This document shows positions 28,603 to 37,998 of a stretch of DNA of 64,000 bases, in pieces. The notes under the pieces are model-generated. The model had not been told where the DNA came from. It made no database searches and worked only from the letters and a program-made list of their open reading frames with translations. The stretch comes from an uncultured Ignavibacteriales bacterium (GTDB lineage: Bacteria; Zixibacteria; MSB-5A5; GN15; JAAZOE01): positions 1 through 64,000 of the forward strand of contig CAZSYD010000009.1 of the NCBI GenBank assembly GCA_964611355.1. Reading direction: 5' to 3'. Position 1 is the stretch's first letter, and every line of letters begins with the position of its first letter. Position numbers and translations under genes: made by a program.

Positions 28603-29511
28603 ATGTCAACTCAGGTGACGACGGGAGTGGAGGAGAAAATTGCGCCCCTTATCGGGGGCATTAACAATTTGCCGACTCCTCCAATAGTATTTTCCCAGAT
28701 ACAGAAGGTATTGAGCGATCCGAATACCTCAGCCTATGAGATAGGTTCGATTCTGCAGGAGGATCCGGCCATCACGGCCAAGGTTCTCAAATTGACCAAC
28801 TCCGCTTACTACGGATTGTCCCAGACCGTGGAATCGGTCAGGCAGGCGGTTGTTATCGTCGGCCTCGAGGCTATTAAAAATCTGGTTTTGTCGGCCTCGA
28901 TGTTCAAAGCCTTTTCCAGTGATCAAATTGACCGGGAGTTTCAGGATTATTTCTGGCGGCATTCGCTGGCGACTGCCTTTGGTGCCCGCCTTTTGGGTCG
29001 CACTCTCAAGAGTCGGCAGACCTTTGACGCCGAGTCGGGGTTTTCGGCCGGGTTGCTTCATGATATAGGAAAGATGGTAATTTCTGTATATATGATTGAG
29101 CAGGCCCGGCAAATCAAGGATTTGAAAGCAAAAAACCCAAAGCGACCTGATCGCGAGATTGAGGAGGAAATATTAGGGTATGATCATACCCATATCGGGG
29201 CGCTTCTGGCTGAGCATTGGAAACTGCCGGCCAAGTTGATCGAGGCCATCAAGTTCCATCATTTTCCCCAGTTGCGTGAGAATGAGGATAATAACCTGCC
29301 GTTCCTTGTGAATATGGCTAATTATCTTGCTACCCTTACGTTTGATGTCGATCTCAATGAAGGAAAAAAGGCCGGTATTGAACTGGTGAGAGAGGAAACT
29401 CTTGCCTTCGTTGGCATTTCCAAAGAAAAATTAAACGCGTTTACATTTCATCTCCGCGACGAGTACGCCAAAGCTGAAACTTTTATGGAAATGGCCAAAG
29501 GAGCGGCCTGA
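28603..29511 (+). CDS. stand-alone HDOD domain protein
   Basis: [51 protein letters not shown]. Confidence 0.92.
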   Translation: MSTQVTTGVEEKIAPLIGGINNLPTPPIVFSQIQKVLSDPNTSAYEIGSILQEDPAITAKVLKLTNSAYYGLSQTVESVRQAVVIVGLEAIKNLVLSASMFKAFSSDQIDREFQDYFWRHSLATAFGARLLGRTLKSRQTFDAESGFSAGLLHDIGKMVISVYMIEQARQIKDLKAKNPKRPDREIEEEILGYDHTHIGALLAEHWKLPAKLIEAIKFHHFPQLRENEDNNLPFLVNMANYLATLTFDVDLNEGKKAGIELVREETLAFVGISKEKLNAFTFHLRDEYAKAETFMEMAKGAA

Positions 29512-29512
29512 T

Positions 29513-29896
29513 TTGAAGGGATTATCGCAGGCAGAACTGGTTCTGGTCAAGGGCATGATCGATGAACTTGTCGTCGATGGCGGAATCCTCGATCTCAATA
29601 AACTCAAAATCTCATCGGACAATATCGACGTCAACAGACTGACCAATATCGCCTGCCAGTATTACCGGATGATACGGGAGGGTTGCCTTTCTTTTGACTA
29701 TTCCGATATTGAAAAATATCTTCACCTGATAAACCGGCGCGGTACAGGGCGGCCGGCTAAATTTCGCTGTTTTTCCTGCGGAGCCGGGAAAAAGGTTACG
29801 GCAACGCAGGAAAGTTCATTTATACCTCTGTGTCAATCCTGCCACAGCAAGCTCGATACTGATATTTCAATTATATCGACACTCATGCCGGAATAA
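29513..29896 (+). CDS. hypothetical protein with a C-terminal Zn-ribbon-like motif
   Basis: CFSC...CQSC; TTG start 1 nt after the HDOD stop, AAGGAG upstream. Confidence 0.65.
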   Translation: MKGLSQAELVLVKGMIDELVVDGGILDLNKLKISSDNIDVNRLTNIACQYYRMIREGCLSFDYSDIEKYLHLINRRGTGRPAKFRCFSCGAGKKVTATQESSFIPLCQSCHSKLDTDISIISTLMPE

Positions 29897-29995
29897 AGAG
29901 CGGCGGAAGAAATCGCGCCGGTTTTCATCCCGTAACATCGGAATCGACCGCCATTTGGTCGTAAAAATACCGGTAAAAAAAGTAGAGCTTTGCTA

Positions 29996-30022
29996 TTCAA
30001 ATTTTGAACAGTTTGCCGATAG
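29996..30022 (+). promoter_or_regulatory. putative sigma28 promoter of the glycan-tailoring locus
   Basis: TTCAA followed by GCCGATAG at 30015-30022 (14-15 nt spacer). Confidence 0.6.
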
Positions 30023-30175
30023 AAATAAAGAGCGAAGGTTCAAAGTGAAACGTCTGTCAATGGATTGAACAGGAGAAATGGAAATCAACCCGGGTCGCTC
30101 GAGCATATTATTTAACCGTCGGAACTAATCCGAAAAAGGGTAATTTGGCTATCCTCGGTCATGGAGTGAGGTTTT

Positions 30176-32245
30176 ATGACAAATGGAGTATTGCAGGGAG
30201 AAACTTTTTACGCGGAAGGAAAGATTGAAGAAGCCGAAAAGCGGTTTCTCGATCTCCTCGAATCGAACCCGAATAATAAGGAAGCTCTCAATAATCTGGG
30301 CGTGATTGCCTTTGGCCGGAACAAACCTGGCCGGGCGGCGGACTACTTCTCGCAGGCTATTAAAGCCGATCCGTTTTATCTCGAGGCTATCTTCAACTAC
30401 TGCAACCTGCTCCGCGCGACAAACAATATGCACAGGGGCCTGCCGATATTGGAAGTGGCGGCCGCCAAATACCCGGAGAACGAAGAAGTAAAGACGCTTA
30501 TAAATCAGGCCCGGCTGTCTCGGCAGACGGCAGAAATTGTTTCCCCACCCGTGGAAGTAGAACCCATATCTGACGCATCAGACGAAACCTCTGCCATCGA
30601 ATCAAACGTCAGGGAAAAGGAAAGCAATAGCGACGTTTGCGTTGAACCTGTCGAGGCTGCTCTTCAAGAGAAAGAAGGGAATAACGTCCGGCGATACACG
30701 AGTCAGGCGCTGGAACAGGACCCTTTCAACAAAGAGGCCCATGACAGACTTGCCGTATTATTAAAAGAAGTTGATTTCAATGATCTCCAAAATAAACCGG
30801 AATATGCCTGGTTATATTTAATTCACGCCTTTATGGGCGACCGGATGGAACCGAAAGACGCCGCTCTGCTTCAAAAAGTCGTATCCTCGCTGACCGATGT
30901 CCGAATAGAAAGACTTATCGAAGTCCTGATGGCAAAAAAACAACCTGACTCAAAACAAGCTATTCTCTTCCTGCTGCAGGCGGTGAAAAACATATCTATT
31001 GATCTGGCCAACAAGCTTGGTGAATGGATGGACGCAGTTGATCTTTTCCGCACCTACCGCGATACGGTCGAAATGCAGATTTGCCTGAAATGTTCCGATG
31101 ACGATATTGTGCGAAGGATCGCCCGCCGCGAATCTGCTTATCGTCCTCCCTCGTACGTTGTTCCCGGATTCGAAACCTATCCCCGGCGATTGACTGAAGA
31201 TGTTCCGCCCGATGACCCGTTTATGAAACTTGTTCCTGATTCGGCCCCTTCCAAAAAACACGGGCTTCGTATTCTGGTGATTTCCGATTTCAATATCGCC
31301 GGACAGCATACCCGTCTGATGCGGTCGCTTAATAAACATACCAATCATATGGCGCGCTGCGTGATCTTTCAGGATGATTATCTCTCCTATGACAAAGACA
31401 TTTTAGTTCGAGATCAGGAAGGAAACATATCTGAGAACGATATGCAGGAGGCTGCGGGACTGATACGCGGGGCTGACTTCTTTCATATCGGGCGGCAATT
31501 GCTCCCAATTACGGGAATAAAATGGGAAAAGTATATCTCGCCGCGCAATGCGGTATTCCAGTATCACGGCAGCCATCTGAGAAACAACGGTCCGGCTATA
31601 GCCGAATTTCACGCCAAATACGGTTTCGAGGCGGTTACCTGCGTCGATTGGTCGATTTATAAAAAACTGCCGACCAGTTTTTACCATTTGCATCCCTGTA
31701 TATTGGATATGGATGAATTGCCTTCGAAAGAGATGGATTTCACCGGAAGGTTGCGGCTTTGCCATGCGCCGGCCGGCTCGAATTATCGGAAAAACAAACG
31801 CAGTGATATTATCATCGATACCATGAATCGTCTTACCGCGGAAGACCTCCAGGTCGAAGCGGTGGTAATTGAGAACGTTCCCAATCGCAGGTGTCTTGAG
31901 CTTAAAAGCGAATGCCATATTCACCTGGTATCGCTTCTGATGGCGTTCGGTCTCAATTGCATCGAGTCGGCCGCAATGGGAGTTGTGCCGGTCACGACGC
32001 TGGATAATTTCACGCGTTTTATTTTTCACGATACGCCGGTTGTGCACGCAACCAAAAATAATATCTACGAAGTAACCAAGGAATTGATCTCAGATCGCAG
32101 TCGTCTGAAAGAGCTGAGTGAAAAATGCCGCGCCTGGGCCCGGCTAAAATTCGACGCGCGGATCGTGGCCGGGCAATACGCCTACCTCTATGACTTAATT
32201 TATAACGGCCTGTCGGTTGATTATCCGGAGGTGTTCAAGAATTGA
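30176..32245 (+). CDS. TPR protein with a C-terminal GT-B-like glycosyltransferase domain
   Basis: N-terminal TPRs (EALNNLGVI); C-terminal YHGS.LR, HAP, FGLNCIESAAMGVVPV. Family assignment is tentative. Confidence 0.65.
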   Translation: MTNGVLQGETFYAEGKIEEAEKRFLDLLESNPNNKEALNNLGVIAFGRNKPGRAADYFSQAIKADPFYLEAIFNYCNLLRATNNMHRGLPILEVAAAKYPENEEVKTLINQARLSRQTAEIVSPPVEVEPISDASDETSAIESNVREKESNSDVCVEPVEAALQEKEGNNVRRYTSQALEQDPFNKEAHDRLAVLLKEVDFNDLQNKPEYAWLYLIHAFMGDRMEPKDAALLQKVVSSLTDVRIERLIEVLMAKKQPDSKQAILFLLQAVKNISIDLANKLGEWMDAVDLFRTYRDTVEMQICLKCSDDDIVRRIARRESAYRPPSYVVPGFETYPRRLTEDVPPDDPFMKLVPDSAPSKKHGLRILVISDFNIAGQHTRLMRSLNKHTNHMARCVIFQDDYLSYDKDILVRDQEGNISENDMQEAAGLIRGADFFHIGRQLLPITGIKWEKYISPRNAVFQYHGSHLRNNGPAIAEFHAKYGFEAVTCVDWSIYKKLPTSFYHLHPCILDMDELPSKEMDFTGRLRLCHAPAGSNYRKNKRSDIIIDTMNRLTAEDLQVEAVVIENVPNRRCLELKSECHIHLVSLLMAFGLNCIESAAMGVVPVTTLDNFTRFIFHDTPVVHATKNNIYEVTKELISDRSRLKELSEKCRAWARLKFDARIVAGQYAYLYDLIYNGLSVDYPEVFKN

Positions 32246-33249
32246 ATATTTCGATGCCTGCAAAAGAAATCGCATCGATAAAGGTTGAAAGGTCAATTGT
32301 CCTTTCGGTCCCCGAAATTATTCACCGGCTGGAAAGCGCCAGTTTGGAATTTGAAGTCAGAGGCGATTATTCTCTGGTGTGCGATCATCCGGCTAATCTT
32401 TCCGACGCAGGCCCCGGATCCGTCTGTTTCTATAATGGAGAAGACAGTAATAAAGTCGCTCATTTGCGCGAATCGGTTCTGATATGCCGAAATGAGTTTG
32501 AGACTGTGGATTCCACGGTTGTGCGGATTATCTGTGATCAGCCGCGGCTGGCTTTTACCGTTCTGGCGCAGGCTTTCGCGCCGCCGATCCCGCCGCCGGG
32601 AATTCATCCGACTGCCGTTGTCGATTCCAAAGCCGAAATTGACCCGACGGCTTATATAGGTCCTTATTGCGTTCTCGAAGAATGCCGGGTCGGCCCGCGC
32701 TCGGTTCTGTATTCGCATGTTACTGTTTTTTCAAAAACATATATCGGGGCCGACACGGTCATCGAACCGAATGTCTGTATCGGACAATTCGGGCATGGTT
32801 TCGAATGGGGCCCTGACGGACGCCAGTGGGTCATGCCGCAGTTGGGCGGAACGTTAATCGGCGATCATTGCTATATCGGAGCATCGTCGGTTATTTCCCG
32901 GGGCGCGATGCAGGATACTATCCTTGAAAACCGGGTGCGAGTCGCCGAAAATTCACTTATTGGGCACAACAGTCATCTTGGCGAGGGCACCTTTGTCGCC
33001 AATGGAATTGCGATGGCCGGTATGACCACCGTCGGACGGCGCTGCTGGTTGGGAACCGGTTCGTCATACTGCAACCAGGTGACCCTTGGCAATTTCATTA
33101 CCGTCGGGGCCGGGACGGTAGTGACGAAAGATTTCCGCGAAGACGGACTGGTGCTGGTAGGCGTACCGGCAGGAATACATAAAAAGAAAACGAAAGGCGC
33201 CAACGTCCGCGTTGACCTTCGTTACGACGACTTACAGGAGAATCGATGA
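32242..33249 (+). CDS. LpxD-like hexapeptide-repeat acyltransferase
   Basis: PRLAF, GIHPTAVV, PQLGG..IGD, SRGAMQDT, IGHN. Confidence 0.8.
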   Translation: MNISMPAKEIASIKVERSIVLSVPEIIHRLESASLEFEVRGDYSLVCDHPANLSDAGPGSVCFYNGEDSNKVAHLRESVLICRNEFETVDSTVVRIICDQPRLAFTVLAQAFAPPIPPPGIHPTAVVDSKAEIDPTAYIGPYCVLEECRVGPRSVLYSHVTVFSKTYIGADTVIEPNVCIGQFGHGFEWGPDGRQWVMPQLGGTLIGDHCYIGASSVISRGAMQDTILENRVRVAENSLIGHNSHLGEGTFVANGIAMAGMTTVGRRCWLGTGSSYCNQVTLGNFITVGAGTVVTKDFREDGLVLVGVPAGIHKKKTKGANVRVDLRYDDLQENR

Positions 33250-34031
33250 AAGATATTCCCCTTGATTATTTTGCCTGCCCGGTGACCAAGAAGCCGCTGA
33301 GAATAGAGGGCAAGACTCTGGTTTCGCCTGCCGGGGAGGTATATCGATACAGGGATAATCATTATTGGTCGTTTATCCCACCGATTGACCATGAAAACGA
33401 TCCCAAATGGAAAATATGGAATGCCCTGCAAAAAAACGGCGAGATAGCATACCCGGCTGATCCCGAACATAACCTGGGAGTAAACGAGCGGGCCGATCAC
33501 ATTGCCTTCGGGGAGTTCTGCGACTTTCACGGGCTGGTTCTCGATATCGGTTGCGGCCCCCAGAAGAACCCGACTCATTTCCGGTACTGCGCTCGCCCGG
33601 GAGCGGTCTTTTTGGGAATCGACCCGCTTGTCGGCGAACAACCTCGCGATTATTTGTTTGTGCACGGCCTGGGCGAATACCTGCCCTTCCGCAATGACCT
33701 CTTTGACCAGGCTTTGTTTGTTACTTCGCTTGACCACTTTATTGAACCGGTGGAAGCTCTTCTGGAAGCCGGACGAGCCATAAAACCGGACGGGGAAATC
33801 TGCGTCTGGATCGGCGAAAAGGACAAAAACACCCCCAAACCCAGAGAAAGCCCGGAGTGGTACCGGGAACTTAAAATTCCGGAAGGCGCCGAAGATCCGT
33901 TTCATATAAAAAGGTTCACGATGGCTGAGTTCGAAGGTTATGCGGACAAGGCGGAACTGAAGATAAGGGAGAAGAAGATAATGGCGGTTGATCGGTACCG
34001 CAAAAATATCTTCTACAAACTTGAGAAGTAA
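33246..34031 (+). CDS. class I SAM-dependent methyltransferase with a Trm112-like N-terminus
   Basis: ACPVTKKPL, VLDIGCG, GIDP, LPFRNDLFD, IKPDG. Confidence 0.85.
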   Translation: MKDIPLDYFACPVTKKPLRIEGKTLVSPAGEVYRYRDNHYWSFIPPIDHENDPKWKIWNALQKNGEIAYPADPEHNLGVNERADHIAFGEFCDFHGLVLDIGCGPQKNPTHFRYCARPGAVFLGIDPLVGEQPRDYLFVHGLGEYLPFRNDLFDQALFVTSLDHFIEPVEALLEAGRAIKPDGEICVWIGEKDKNTPKPRESPEWYRELKIPEGAEDPFHIKRFTMAEFEGYADKAELKIREKKIMAVDRYRKNIFYKLEK

Positions 34032-34043
34032 AACGAGATTCCG

Positions 34044-34799
34044 ATGATATTCAAATATTCCGAATTACGAAAATTCCTTGCCTGTATGGCAGAGCGAGTG
34101 CCCGTTGTATCGCTGGGCGACTGGAACGGTGAAAACGCAGTCGTTCTGCGGCACGATATTGATCTGGATATTCAGCCCGCTTTCGAATTGGCCGAAATTG
34201 AAATGGATTACGGCATACGTTCCACGTTTATGGTTATGATTACCTGTTGCGCATATAATCCCGCCTCGCCGAAGAACAGGAAGATGCTCCGTGATATGTC
34301 GGAATGGGGTTTTGAGATCGGCCTGCATTTTGATCCGAATGTTTACGAAAAAACCAATCAGTCCTGCCTGGAGCGGGAAGTCGATAACGAAGCGGAGATT
34401 CTGTCCCGGATAATCGGCAAAAAGATTCGCTCGGTCAGCCTTCATGATCCGTCGGGTTATGGGGAAATACCCATTTTTGAAGGGTACGCCAACGCCTACG
34501 ATAAGAGAATATTCAATGATGAACATTACCTGTCCGATTCCCGAATGCTTTTCAGGAATAAAAACCCGTACGCGATTTTGGAAAAGGTTAAAGACGCCCC
34601 CATTCAAATCCTTTTGCATCCCTGTCATTATACTAAAGACGGCGCAACTTATCCCGATATTTTCACCGGGATTGCCCGACGATACATGGATGGCATCGAC
34701 AATTGGTTCCGGGTAAATTCGACCTATGTTGAACAGATGGAAAATGACCTATTCAGTTATATGATAGAAAACCAGAGTGTATGCGGAGAGAGAAAGTAA
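34044..34799 (+). CDS. polysaccharide deacetylase family protein
   Basis: LRHDID, EIGLHFD, SLHDP, YLSDS, ILLHP. Confidence 0.75.
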   Translation: MIFKYSELRKFLACMAERVPVVSLGDWNGENAVVLRHDIDLDIQPAFELAEIEMDYGIRSTFMVMITCCAYNPASPKNRKMLRDMSEWGFEIGLHFDPNVYEKTNQSCLEREVDNEAEILSRIIGKKIRSVSLHDPSGYGEIPIFEGYANAYDKRIFNDEHYLSDSRMLFRNKNPYAILEKVKDAPIQILLHPCHYTKDGATYPDIFTGIARRYMDGIDNWFRVNSTYVEQMENDLFSYMIENQSVCGERK

Positions 34800-34805
34800 T
34801 CAATC

Positions 34806-36839
34806 ATGTGCGGAATTGCCGGCTTATATCATCTTGAACGGGAACCGGTCCCGGCCTATTGCCTGAAACCGATGTGTGACTCGATGGTGCATCGCGGTCC
34901 GGATGACGAAGGATATGTTTTCTTCAAAGTGATGGATGAACCGTTCAAGAACGAAGGATACTGCCTCGAAATGGGCCCCGATATTCCTCCGGCGTCAAAT
35001 GGCGAGGATTGGCGGCGATATTTCGACGGCAACGGCGATTTCAACCTGGCGCTGGGACATCGACGGCTGGCGATAATTGATCTGACTTCCAATGGTCATC
35101 AGCCGATGTCGAACCGTGCAAATGGCATCTGGGTTACCTATAACGGCGAAATATATAATTTCAAGGAATTGCGGCGCGACCTGGAGGGTAAAGGACATCG
35201 GTTCTTTTCCCATTCCGATACCGAAGTAATCATCCACCTTTACGAGGAACATGGCGTCGAAGCCATCAGTTATTTGAATGGGGTTTTTGCTTTTGCTCTC
35301 TGGGATGGTCAACGCAACCGACTGATTCTGGCTCGCGATCGATACGGCGTCAAGCCGCTTTACTATACCGTTCGCGCCGGTTTGCTCAGTTTTGCATCTG
35401 AAGTAAAGGCGTTGCTGCAGGTGGACGAGAACGGAACACGGCTGGATGAACAGGCTCTCTGCGATTATTTCACCTTCCAGAATACCTTTGGCGATAAAAC
35501 GCTTTTTGACGGTATCCATCTTCTGGAGCCGGGACATTATATGGTCATCGAAAACGGTCGTATTACCAAGCGCCGCTATTGGGATTTCAAATTCCGCGAA
35601 GCCGAAGACAGGGGAGAGGCTTATTATGTCGAAGGTCTGCGCGAACTGTTTGGTGAATCGGTTCGGCGGCAGCTTGTCTCCGACGTTCCGGTAGGCAGTT
35701 ATCTCAGCGGCGGACTCGATTCCGGCAGCATTACCGCTTTTGCTTCCCGGCATATTCGGCGTCTCATGACCTTTACCGGCGGCTTTGACGTGGCCACCGC
35801 GATAAGTATTGAAAACTTTTTCGATGAGCGCGAAAAAGCGGAAATCATGTCGCGCACTTTCGGCACCGAACATTACCAGATGGTTATTCATGCCGGTGAT
35901 CTGGAATGGGCGCTTCCGCGGGTCATCTGGCACGCCGAAGACCTGCGCGTCGGGATGTCGTACCCGCATTACTATTTATCGCAACTGGCCGGGAAGTTTG
36001 TTAAGGTAGTGCTGGCCGGAGCCGGTGGAGATGAAACTCTGGCCGGCTATCCCTGGCGGTATAACCTGGTTGCCGGCTGCCGTACTCCGGAAGAATTTGA
36101 AAATGTTACCTATCAGTACTGGTCGCGTCTGGTAAAAGATCAGGATAAAAAGAATTTCTTCAACTCAAAGATGACAAATCGGCTGACAGGCTATTCGCCG
36201 TTCGAATCCATGCGGAAAGTGCTTGACCATGACGTTGCGGAAACACCCTTAAAGAAAGCCCTTTATTTTGACGCCAAGACGTTTCTGCATGGAATACTCG
36301 TCATTGAAGATAAGCTCAGTATGGCGCATTCCCTGGAATCACGGGTGCCGTTTCTGGACAACCGGCTGGTCGATTTCACCACTTCCATTCCCGGCAAGTA
36401 TCTCTTAAGCGATTCGTGGACAGGCGCCGCCCGAGAAGACGCCAACCTGACTGGCAAATTTGTCCTTCGCCGCGCCATGGAAAAAATTCTTCCCGCAGAG
36501 ATTATAATCAACCGCAAACAGGGCTTTTCCGCGCCGGATCAGTCATGGTATATGCAGCAACTGGTGGAATATATTAAGGGGGTCATCCTTTCTGAAAGAA
36601 GTCTTGACCGCGGTTATTTTCAGCGCGCTTATATTGAAAAGATACTTGAGGATCATATTGCCGGCCGGGTTAATAATCGGCTTTTAATCTGGTCGCTTTT
36701 GAGTTTCGAATGGTGGAACAGGCTCTTTATAGATGGAGAGAGGATTGAATACCGGAAAAGACAGACCGACGGTATCCGCCGTAAACTGCGGTTTCAAACC
36801 ACCGGTCACGTCCGATTTCCCGAACCGAGTTACGGTTGA
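34806..36839 (+). CDS. asnB: asparagine synthase (Gln-hydrolysing)-type amidotransferase
   Basis: MCGIAG, HRGPD, GHRRLAIID, NGEIYN, RDRYGVKPLY, LSGGLDS, GGDE, ESRVPFLD. Confidence 0.92.
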   Translation: MCGIAGLYHLEREPVPAYCLKPMCDSMVHRGPDDEGYVFFKVMDEPFKNEGYCLEMGPDIPPASNGEDWRRYFDGNGDFNLALGHRRLAIIDLTSNGHQPMSNRANGIWVTYNGEIYNFKELRRDLEGKGHRFFSHSDTEVIIHLYEEHGVEAISYLNGVFAFALWDGQRNRLILARDRYGVKPLYYTVRAGLLSFASEVKALLQVDENGTRLDEQALCDYFTFQNTFGDKTLFDGIHLLEPGHYMVIENGRITKRRYWDFKFREAEDRGEAYYVEGLRELFGESVRRQLVSDVPVGSYLSGGLDSGSITAFASRHIRRLMTFTGGFDVATAISIENFFDEREKAEIMSRTFGTEHYQMVIHAGDLEWALPRVIWHAEDLRVGMSYPHYYLSQLAGKFVKVVLAGAGGDETLAGYPWRYNLVAGCRTPEEFENVTYQYWSRLVKDQDKKNFFNSKMTNRLTGYSPFESMRKVLDHDVAETPLKKALYFDAKTFLHGILVIEDKLSMAHSLESRVPFLDNRLVDFTTSIPGKYLLSDSWTGAAREDANLTGKFVLRRAMEKILPAEIIINRKQGFSAPDQSWYMQQLVEYIKGVILSERSLDRGYFQRAYIEKILEDHIAGRVNNRLLIWSLLSFEWWNRLFIDGERIEYRKRQTDGIRRKLRFQTTGHVRFPEPSYG

Positions 36840-37749
36840 ACTGACCAATAGATGTAACCTGCGCTGCCCGATGTGCCCGCGTCACTTGATGAAGGGCAGG
36901 TTGGGGAATATGTCGTTTGACCTTTACAGAAGAATAATCGATGAAATCGCAGGATATCCGAAAACGGCGCTGATTCCGTTCTATCGGGGCGAGTCGATGC
37001 TGCATCCGCAGTTTATTGACATGCTTGCCTATGCCAGGCGAAAAAATATCCGCCCGATTCAGTTTACCACCAACGCTACGCGGATGAAACCGGAGATTGC
37101 CCGCGCCCTGATCGATCTCGAAATCGACTTCGTATCTTTCAGTGTCGATTCGATTAATCCTGAAACGTACGCCTCTATCCGCAAAGGCGGCCGGCTCGAA
37201 GAGGTATTGGAAAATATAGAATACTTCTGCGAATATAAGAATTTGAAGGCAAAAGCGAGACCGGAAATCCAAGTTTCAGTGGTAAGGACAGATGATAACG
37301 AAGATGAAATTGCCGATTTCGTAAAATACTGGCGGCGGCGCGTTGATCGCGTGCGCGTGTTTGAGCGGCATACGGGCGACGGCAATTTCGGGTCGGTCAA
37401 AGCGCCGGCAAAAGAATACAGTTTCGAAAAAAGGCTGCCATGTTTGAAGGTCTTCAATGAAATTTCCATTTATTGGAACGGGCAGGCGGCGTTGTGTTGT
37501 CACGACTGGGATCGAACCCGGCCGATCGGCGATGTCAGCAGAAACAGCATCAGAGAAATTTGGCATAACGAAGCCTATGAATTTATCCGGCGGACCCATC
37601 TGAAAGATATTGACGATATGGAAGAACTTTGCAAGAATTGCGACCAATGGAAAGCGTATTACCTGCCGCAGGGAGTCGGTGCCATCGGGGAACTGTATAT
37701 CCATGAGCCGGAAACTGCAGAAAGAGAGAGTTTGGGAACTTTTACTTAA
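36733..37749 (+). CDS. radical SAM protein with a SPASM/twitch domain
   Basis: CNLRCPMC (CxxxCxxC), GE, TTNA; C-terminal C...CC.D...C..C. Alternative TTG start at 36745. Confidence 0.9.
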   Translation: MERGLNTGKDRPTVSAVNCGFKPPVTSDFPNRVTVELTNRCNLRCPMCPRHLMKGRLGNMSFDLYRRIIDEIAGYPKTALIPFYRGESMLHPQFIDMLAYARRKNIRPIQFTTNATRMKPEIARALIDLEIDFVSFSVDSINPETYASIRKGGRLEEVLENIEYFCEYKNLKAKARPEIQVSVVRTDDNEDEIADFVKYWRRRVDRVRVFERHTGDGNFGSVKAPAKEYSFEKRLPCLKVFNEISIYWNGQAALCCHDWDRTRPIGDVSRNSIREIWHNEAYEFIRRTHLKDIDDMEELCKNCDQWKAYYLPQGVGAIGELYIHEPETAERESLGTFT

Positions 37750-37810
37750 TTAGCGATAAAATGGCGGGGCCTGGATTTCATCGGCAAAGTACCTGATCTC
37801 AAGAATTCGC

Positions 37811-37839
37811 TTGACAAATACGATATTTTGATATAAATA
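37811..37839 (+). promoter_or_regulatory. sigma70-type promoter of tRNA-Val/thrS
   Basis: TTGACA followed by an AT-rich -10 region (TATAAATA, 37832-37839). Confidence 0.6.
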
Positions 37840-37876
37840 TATTGGCTCGAAAGGTTTAGGTATCACATTGACTTAT

Positions 37877-37953
37877 GGGCGATTAGCTCAGTTGGTTAGA
37901 GTGCTTGCTTGACATGCAAGAGGTCACTGGTTCAATTCCAGTATCGCCCACCA
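37877..37953 (+). tRNA. tRNA-Val(GAC)
   Basis: Acceptor stem GGGCGAT/ATCGCCC, anticodon arm CTTGC-ttGACat-GCAAG, T-arm GGTTCAATTCC, encoded CCA. Confidence 0.97.
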
Positions 37954-37963
37954 TGTTTGCGGG

Positions 37964-37993
37964 AGCCCTTTACCGGAAAAGGGTTTTATTTTT
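37964..37993 (+). terminator. terminator-like hairpin between the tRNA and thrS
   Basis: AGCCCTTT-accgga-AAAGGGTT then TTATTTTT. Confidence 0.55.
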
Positions 37994-37998
37994 AGACT

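Noticed and set aside
30176..37953. Glycan locus as a tRNA-integrated island
   Set aside because: It lies 5' of the tRNA, with no integrase and no duplicated tRNA end seen.
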